Below, piece by piece: positions 56,112 through 64,000 of a stretch of 64,000 nt of DNA (within the stretch, counting starts at the first letter, position 1; each line of letters opens with the position of its first letter). The notes below the pieces were generated by a model. That model did not search any database, was not told the origin of the DNA, and was given only the letters and a program-made list of their open reading frames with translations. The translations under genes were made by a program, and so were the position numbers. Source of the stretch: the human T2T-CHM13v2.0 reference genome, Homo sapiens; the NCBI RefSeq assembly GCF_009914755.1, contig NC_060933.1; one strand, 5' to 3'.

Positions 56112-57136
56112 ATGGCTGTTCTCCAGGATAGAAATATGTGTACACAGCCGTATAGTTACAGAACCCACCCGCCCCCTCAACCCCCCCCCCGAAGAAAAAC
56201 AGTAAAAATGCTTTAAAAGGATGAGGCAAAGGAGGCACCGTCAACACCCTGGAGACTCCATGCAGAAATGAAAGCTCTGTCTAAAAAGTAGCTGTAAGGA
56301 TGTGAGGAGAAATCATTTTCCAGAAACAAGGATCCCCCAAGAGGAATACAGGTAGGACATTTCAGTGTCTCCGGCCTGACAAGTCCAGACACGCACACAT
56401 CTCACCGTGAAGGCGGACAGTGCTCAGCACACCCAGCCTTCAGAGGATTTAGTCCGGAGAGAAGCACGCAGGGCTGCGGTGGATGCGTTCGTAGCGTAGC
56501 CACTACCTGTCTCCTTCTGATGAGTTTTGAAACTGCTTTGGAAAAGGCAGTAGAGTTTACAAAGGGCATTCAAGGTTACAAGAGGGGTGGCATCATAGAC
56601 TGAGAAAGAAAGAGAAAGGACGAGGAGTAAGGAAGGGAGGAAGGGAGGGAGGGAGGGAGGGAAATAAACAACTCAAACGTTTAGCAGACAGTTTCAAATG
56701 GCCACTATGGGTGGATGTCAAAATGAGAAGGGGAGTTGTGAAGAAAATATATAATAAAACATGCACAATGGGCTAAGGAGGAGGGGCCAAGGAAGCCTGT
56801 GTTAGCCCAGGTTACTTTGCACTTGGATGTATTTAGAGTGCTGTTGGTTTGCACACAGCAGACATACTGTGCAATTGTTCTAAATATCCCCTTATGAATG
56901 GAATATGACACAGACCACAGCCATCCCCCCAAACTGTGTCCCATTAATTGTGGAATTGTGGAATTGCCTTGCTTGGATCTCAGAAGGAAAGCTCAGTTGT
57001 ATCTTTTCTTTGTCATGCAATCTGACCTGCAGAGACACGACTGGAGTGAGGCTGTTAGAATTTTCTTTAATTTAGAATTTTCCACCATCATCACTTTATC
57101 TGACAGCTTGTTAGAAACCTAGAAAACATTCCCTCA

Positions 57137-57398
57137 GCCAGGCGCGGTGGCTCAGACCAGTAATCCCAGCACTTTGGGAGGCTGAGGCGGGCGATGACAT
57201 GAGGCCAGGAGTTCGAGACCAGCCTGGCCAACATGGTGAAAGCCTGTCTCTACTAAAAATATAGAAATTAGCCAGGTGTGGTGGTGTGTGCCTATAGTCC
57301 CAGCTACTCAGGAGGCTGAGGCAGGAGAATCGCTTGAACCCGGGAGGCAGAGGTTGCAGTAAGCTGAGATTGCCTGTCTCAAAAAAAGAAAAAAAAAG
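57137..57398 (+). mobile_element. AluS with a right-arm deletion
   Basis: 'gagattg|cctgtctc' lacks the 'ccactgcactccagcctggg' segment. Confidence 0.9.
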
Positions 57399-57822
57399 GA
57401 ACCATTCCCTTTCAGCAAATGCCTCAGTAGCAGCTGCCAGTGACTGTTTCCACTGACCCTCCCTGCCAGGGCTCCCCTCTCAATCTGATAACTGCTGCCT
57501 ATTCCAAATTCCCTGTGGTGAAAACTCCCTCTCCCCAAATGTCTCAGAGGCTGTGGTCGGTGTTGAGTCTGGCTGGGCCTAGAAGGTTGAAGTAGAATTA
57601 AAACCATCTGAGTAAGTGATCGTGGATTGATCATGTGGTCCTAGCCGAGATGCAGTCAATTTCTGCAAGAGGGTGGGTGACGGATGCCTCCTCAGAGAAA
57701 CCTGGGAGGGCTGAGGACAGGGTGAGAAGGAAAGAGTGCCCTAGCATTCAGAACAAAAGGAAAGGTGGTGAGGGCAGGATGTGCCGTCCCTTAGAAAATG
57801 GAGCGAGAGGAGCTATGGAAAT

Positions 57823-58336
57823 TGTGGTAGGCTGACTTTGAAGATGGTCCACAATTCCCACCTTCTGGTAGATGCACCCTGATGTCATCCTTGACCTGGT
57901 ATGGGCTGGACCTAGTGACTTGCTTCTGTGATTAAATTACAAATGACTGTGACTTCCACCTTGCTAGCACATACTCTTTCTCTCTTGTGGGCTTTGATGA
58001 AGCAAGCTGCCACACTGGAGAGGTCCACATGGCAGGGGACTGAGAGTGTTTTCTGGCCAACAGCTGGCAGGGAACTGGGTCCTGCCACCACTGGAGGCCA
58101 ACCACGGAGCAAGCCTGGAAGTGGATCCTGCCCCAGCTGAGTCTCTATGACAGCCATGCGGGATGGGACACTGGGATCCCACACCATGATTGCAGCCTAT
58201 GAGTGACCCTGAGGGAGGGGGTCCTCCAAGCATACCCAGATTCCTGACCCCCAGGAACTATGAGTCCAAAACATGGCATTCTTTTAAGCTACTAAATTTT
58301 GAAGTAATTTACTATGCAGTGATAGATAACAGTACA
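57823..58336 (+). mobile_element. MLT1F-like solo LTR
   Basis: 'tgtggtaggc...gatgaagcaagctgcca...cccagattcctgaccc...tttaagctactaaatttt'. Confidence 0.75.
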
Positions 58337-58689
58337 AACCCCAGCTGAGACTTGCATCCTCTCACCCCAAGCCCTGAGTCAGAGGCCAGCTACTGCCGTG
58401 GCAGTGTGAGCCCTCATTTGCAACACAAGAGGGTGGACCCCAGTCCCTTCCAGGTCTAGAACTCTACATACCTGCTGGCATTACCACGTAATGAGCTGTT
58501 CTCCTGCACAAAAGCCTTACCCTTTCTTGCCACTGTAGGCCCAGGCTCGGAGCTTCCAGGTATGCCCTAATGCCCAAAGGTGGGCACTGAAACCCTTTGT
58601 AAAATGAGATAAGCCGTTCTTAAATCGCCTAACATTTGTAGACTAGGAGTACCTCTGAAACTATGAAAGCAGAAGCATTTCTTGAATTC

Positions 58690-59245
<556 letters not shown>

Positions 59246-59351
59246 AACAATTGTTTTGGGGAGGCAAGGTAGGGTGTGGTAAGGACGGGAAGGTATTAGG
59301 ATACAAGTCACAATAAACTTTGAACTGCGCTGCATTACAATTTTTTTATTA

Positions 59352-59648
59352 GGCTGGGCGTGGTGGCTCACACCTATAATCCCAGCACTTTGGGAAGCTG
59401 AGGCGGGCAAATCACCTGAGGTCAGGAGTTCAAGACCAGCCTGGCCAACATGGTGAAACACCATCTCTACTAAAAATAGAAAAATTAGCTGGGCACAGTG
59501 GTGTGCACCTGTAATCCCAGCTACTCGAGAGGCTGAGGCAGGAGAATCGCTGAACCTGGGAGGTTGTGGTTGCAGTCAGCAGTGATCGTGCCACTGCACT
59601 CCAGCCTCTGGGTGACAGAGTGAGACTCCATCTCAAAAAAAAAAAAAA
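59352..59648 (+). mobile_element. AluSx-type
   Basis: full dimer plus poly-A. Confidence 0.93.
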
Positions 59649-59790
59649 ATTATTAAATGTCCACACTGGATCTTAAGCACCAGTATTATGCCCTAACACA
59701 GAGCTTTCCAAGAGTTGACCCAGTACAAGTTATTGCTCCCTCAGCCCTTGGAAAGTCTGGAGCCCCTGACCAATTAATCTCAGAGAAGCC

Positions 59791-60141
59791 TGCTATAGAT
59801 GGAATGTTTGTGTCCCCCCAAAATTCATGTGTTGAAATCCTAACCCCCAATGTGATGGTATTAGAAAGAGAGGCCTTTGGGAGGTGATTAGATCATGAGG
59901 GCAGAGCCCTCACAAATGGGATTAGTACCCCTATACAATCCCCACAGACCTCCCTTGCCCCTTCCATCGTGTGAGGTTTCAATGAGACTGAGGTCTATAA
60001 ACCAGGAAGTGGGGCCTCACCAGACACGGCATCGTGGCATCCTGATCTTGGACCTCCCAGACTCCAGAACTTTGGAAAATAAATTTGTTGTTTATAAGCC
60101 ACCCAGTCTATGGCATTCCGTTAGTCCATCGGACTAAGACA
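59791..60141 (+). mobile_element. MLT1A-like solo LTR
   Basis: 'tgctatagatggaatgtttgtgtccccc...ttgttgtttataagccacccagtctatgg...ctaagaca'. Confidence 0.85.
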
Positions 60142-60165
60142 GCCTCTATTAGAATCCCAAATCCC

Positions 60166-60467
60166 TGGCTGGGTGTGGTGGCTCACGCCTGTAATCCCAG
60201 CACTTTGGGAGGTAGAGGCGGGTGGATGACCTGGGGTCAGGAGTTCGAGACCAGCCTGGCCAACATGGTGAAACCCCGTCTCTACTGAAAATACAAAAAA
60301 GAAAAAAAATTAGCTGGACATGTTGGCGGGCACCTGTAATCCCAGCTACTCTGGAAGCTGAGGCAGGAGAATCGCTTGAACCTGGCAGGCGGAGGTTGCA
60401 GAGCTGAGATCGAGCTGCTGCACTCCAGCCTGGGTGACAAGAGCAAAACTCTGTCTCAAAAAAAAAA
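60166..60467 (+). mobile_element. AluSq-type
   Basis: 'gacaagagcaaaactc'; TSD agaatcccaaatccc. Confidence 0.93.
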
Positions 60468-60729
60468 GAATCCCAAATCCCCTCCCATTTTCCTAGGCTG
60501 CCTACACACATTATACCTTTCTATGTGACCCAGGAAGGCTGGGAAGCATTGGCAATGCTAATCAACCTTAATTATGAAGTTCAAAACAGACCATTTGTGA
60601 ATATTAGTCTGTTGATAATTATATACTGAATTGGACACTTATTCTTTTTCCTGCCTAGACTTTACTACTCTTCTGTTAGTAATAGAATGTATATTTTTCT
60701 AGAAGAGCCTTTACTTCTGTGCTCCTGAA

Positions 60730-61507
60730 CCTCTAACAACATTTGGGCCAGGGCTAGGCACCTGACTCCAGCCTGGCCAATCATAGCTTGGACTCTTCAT
60801 GGCCTCAGTGATTGGTTCATGGTGGACACTTGACTCCAGCCTGGTCAATCCTGTAGGACTCTTCTTGGCCTCAGTGAGTGGTTCATCGGTCCACTCCGGT
60901 AGACACCTGACTTCAGCCTGGCCAATCATAGCATGGACTCTTCATGGCCTCAGTGACTGGTTTTTGGTGGACACCTGACTCCAGTTTGGCCTATCATAGC
61001 ATGGACTCTTCATAGCCTCAGTGATTGGTTCATGGTGGACACCTGACCCAGGCCTGGCCAGTCAGAGGATGGATTCTCCATAACCTTGCTTGTTGGTTCA
61101 GGGGTGGGCACCTGAGCTAGGACTGGACACATGGATTCCCCAGGTCACAGCAGTTGGTCCAGATTCCTGTAGGTGATCCAAGTCCAGCTGGTAAGACTCC
61201 ATTTAGGGATGTTCCTTTGAATTGTTGTGAGAAAAGCTTTCTTCTTTTATTGCAGTTTCTGCAAGGAGAGAGAATAAACCTGAACCTCCAGCATCTGTCT
61301 CTGGATCATGAGGCTGCCTGATAAAAGAGCCTGCATGAAGGAAAGCTGAATGAAGAGGTGGAAAGATTGAGGCAAAGTTCTGATGACATCATCTGAGTGC
61401 CTAGATCCAGCTGTGCCTGAAGGTAGGATTTTCAGTTACATAAGACAATAGTTTCCATTTTCTTGCTTATGCCAGTTGGAATGGGAAGAGTTCTAATCCA
61501 ATAATAC
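60730..61507 (+). mobile_element. old MLT1 (K-like) LTR with internal tandem amplification
   Basis: 'gatgacatcatctgagtgcctagatccagctgtgcctgaag...ttttcagttacataagacaata' MLT1 3' part. Confidence 0.6.
60759..61160. repeat. 68-bp tandem repeat, 4 clear plus 2 degenerate units
   Basis: units start at 60759, 60827, 60904, 60972, 61040, 61109. Confidence 0.93.
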
Positions 61508-62489
61508 ACAGAGGATATAGCTTACAAACCAGCCCATCTCGTTTTCCTTGTCCTCAATGCAAGGCAACAAAAAGATGTCGGTGCACGTGTCACTGATGAT
61601 TAAGTTAACATTGCATTATCTCTGACGGCATTCCGAATGGCACAGGGCTACAGAAGAGGAACATTTTACACAGCCACGCTCCTGATCATTGTCCCATTGG
61701 CAGAAGGACTCACCAAGCTGCCAGTTTGTCTGGTGTTATAACTGTCAGACCCTTGGTACCACTGAGCTACTTTGTAAACCTTAAGAGCCACAGCGGAGAG
61801 GACAGTCTGCTCACCTGTCCCCATATGCACAGTGTCTTAAAGATAGCAACAGGGTCCTCACCATTCTTTTTGCTTCTCAATCACTGATCTGCAGGTGAGT
61901 TGTGCGATAGTTTCTTTAGCACAAACATTAAGTCTGAGCAGCAAATAGCCCTTTTTACTCCAGATAAACATGAAACATTGGATCTTCCTGACTGAAACAC
62001 CAAATCGTATATTTCTTACCCTGCACTCAGCCACTCCAGTGACAGCTACAGAGCAGGCCTGGATCCGAACAGACTGAGGTATGCGACACAGGACAGCAAA
62101 GTGGGAAGTCTGCAGTAGTGGCGCTCAGGCCTGGGCAACTGGCGTGGTGTGTGGTCCAGGGAGCTCTCCAATTACACAGCCCTCCTCTCCCCCAGATTCT
62201 GACAAGTCCCCAGGGGGCAAATGCTTTGTAAAGCTTCCCGGGGATTCCCTGGAGACCCCCACTCTAGGCTGAGAATCAAAGCTCTGAATTGCCCTTCCTG
62301 TTGATAAGCCTCATACCCTAGCGCTCCAGGCACTGGTCAGATGAGGCACGGAACTTAATCTACAAATACCTTATCTTCAAAAGGAAAATATTTTCATGAT
62401 TGCCTAAGTAGTAACATGGTCATTACAGAAGATTGTAAGATACCAAAAGCTATACTATAAAGAAGAAAAAAATTTACCCACACCTTGCT

Positions 62490-62620
62490 AGTCTCAGCGT
62501 CATCACCACCTGGGCGCTTGTTAGGAGTGCCCCCGCTGCAGACCTCGGAATCCGAATCTGTGTTTTTCCCAGACCCCCAGAGGGTTGTGTGCCTGTTCAA
62601 GTTTGAGAAGCCCCGAGCTA
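62490..62620. mobile_element. MER5-type remnant
   Basis: 'cacctgggcgcttgttag...cagacctcggaatccgaatctg...aagtttgagaagc'. Confidence 0.6.
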
Positions 62621-62880
62621 ATAATTCCACAACTGCAATTTAGTGTCTTTCTTGGTAGCATCTTATACTTCTATTAAAGTTGGGATTAATATTGAATAAT
62701 CAGTGTTGCAATTGGAATCATTAAAAATGTGATATTAACTTTATTTTAGTATTATTCAAATACTCAGTTTGGTGTGCTGCTTCTCTCCCTGAATTGTATA
62801 CAGTGTTCGCCATGACATCGTTTGCTTCTGAGACTTTCTTAAAACCCAGCTTCTCCCTTCATTCTCAGCTGGAGAATAAA

Positions 62881-62894
62881 CCAGCAGGCGGCAC
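62881..62894 (+). promoter_or_regulatory. candidate CTCF motif
   Basis: CCAGCAGGCGGCAC matches the core CCASYAGRKGGCRS with one mismatch. Confidence 0.4.
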
Positions 62895-63598
62895 ACAACG
62901 GGTTAATGTCTACCAATTGCGTTAATACCCATCTAAAGGCCCGGCGGCCTCCCCAGCAAAACCGAGATTTTGCAATGTTTGCCATGCGTTTGCTTCATGT
63001 TGAGAGATGGGCTGAATGGAGGTTTCTTTGTGTTTGCGCGTATTTGTGTGTGTGAGTGTGTGTGTGTTCCCCGCAGTCTCCGTGGGTGGCCTCCTGCGGG
63101 TGAATGCGCAGTGTTCCCACTGTTGCTTATCCTGCAGGCTTTCCAAACCTCCCTCCTGCCGACAGACAGCCAGGGGAAACACATCTCTCCAAAGAGAAAC
63201 CCAAAGAAGCTGCAGAAGAGATTTCTTAGTCTGTTCCTATTCAGGGAAGGTGAGGGAGCCCTCATTCTTAAAGGTCTCTTTTAAAAGCCCTGTTTCTTTT
63301 TGCACACATAGTTTTGGAAGGTGCCCAAAAGACTGTCCAGAGTGTCCCAGCCTTCTCCGACAGTGCCGGGAAACAAGAGGTGGCTGCTGCCGTTTGCAAG
63401 TACGGATGAAGGCCTGAGTGGTCCCGGGCATTCAGGGCCAGGAAGGCAGGAGGGGAGGGGCTGGGAGGAGGGGGCGCTTTGCAGGGCCCGTGGACCTGGG
63501 CTGGACACTAGGCCACAGGAGGGGCAGGAGACAGTGGAATTATTGTCTGCCATTCACCAGAGTCTATCATCTCACTTGGTTTCCCCCTACAAGAAGAA

Positions 63599-63621
63599 CT
63601 CTCTCTCTCTCTCTACACACA

Positions 63622-63678
<57 letters not shown>
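63599..63678. repeat. compound microsatellite (CT)8(AC)4AA(AC)27
   Basis: read directly from the sequence. Confidence 0.95.
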
Positions 63679-63679
<1 letters not shown>

Positions 63680-64000
63680 ATGCCCCCCGCCACCACCACC
63701 ACGCACACAGACGCAGGTTCCTGGAACTGTTTCCCCCAGTTCTCTGCCTCAGACATCTTCACCCCATGTCCTGCCCTGATCTGGTGTTCTGGGCATGGCT
63801 CCTTTTATTGCTTTTTAAAAGGAGTCTGTGGTTTTATGAGGGCTGTTTGGCCGGCAGAGGTTGGGCTAGGCCGGGTTTTCGATGCCTGTGGCCCTGTCAG
63901 CCCAGGGAAGAGGCCGCTGAAGCTGAGCAGCTGCTCCTGAAAACAGCCCGGGACAGCTCTTCCCAGCCTCCGCCCGCTGCACTGAGCACTCCACTCTCTC

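Noticed and set aside
56405-56432. REST/RE1 site
   Set aside because: The half-sites (ggacagtgc, tcagcac) are in the wrong order and overlap; not a canonical RE1.
60759-61160. CRISPR-like array (also considered for the VNTR and the LTR12 repeats)
   Set aside because: Primate DNA, units are contiguous without unique spacers, and there are no cas genes.

Overview
Primate (probably human or ape) genomic DNA that looks intergenic or deep-intronic. I recognise no protein-coding exon, RNA gene or gene symbol, and I cannot name the locus. The long ORFs in the track come from Alus, a G-rich minisatellite and CpG-island composition. The window holds about 27 Alu/monomer copies (J, S and Y types), solo LTRs (two LTR12F-like, LTR18A-like, MER31, LTR16, LTR33, several MLT1), DNA transposons (Tigger3, MER58, MER30, MER20, MER5, MER81, a 36-bp MADE1 remnant) and L1/L2/MIR remnants. 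It also has two CpG islands (~19.5-20.2 kb and ~43.2-44.1 kb), a 1.27-kb G-rich VNTR fused to the second island, and a long (AC)n near the right end. The most unusual signals are records of template-switching DNA repair. A Tigger3 has its middle replaced by an inverted 126-bp copy of DNA lying about 2 kb away plus an inverted piece of itself. Separately, a perfect 40-bp inverted repeat near 15.2-15.5 kb has a right arm stitched from two upstream templates. Other candidates are a 68-bp tandem CCAAT array inside an MLT1 LTR, an LTR12F CCAAT array beside a CpG island, and a PBX-HOX/MEIS/DR1 motif cluster. Repeat family names come from remembered consensus sequences, and boundaries without a TSD are approximate.
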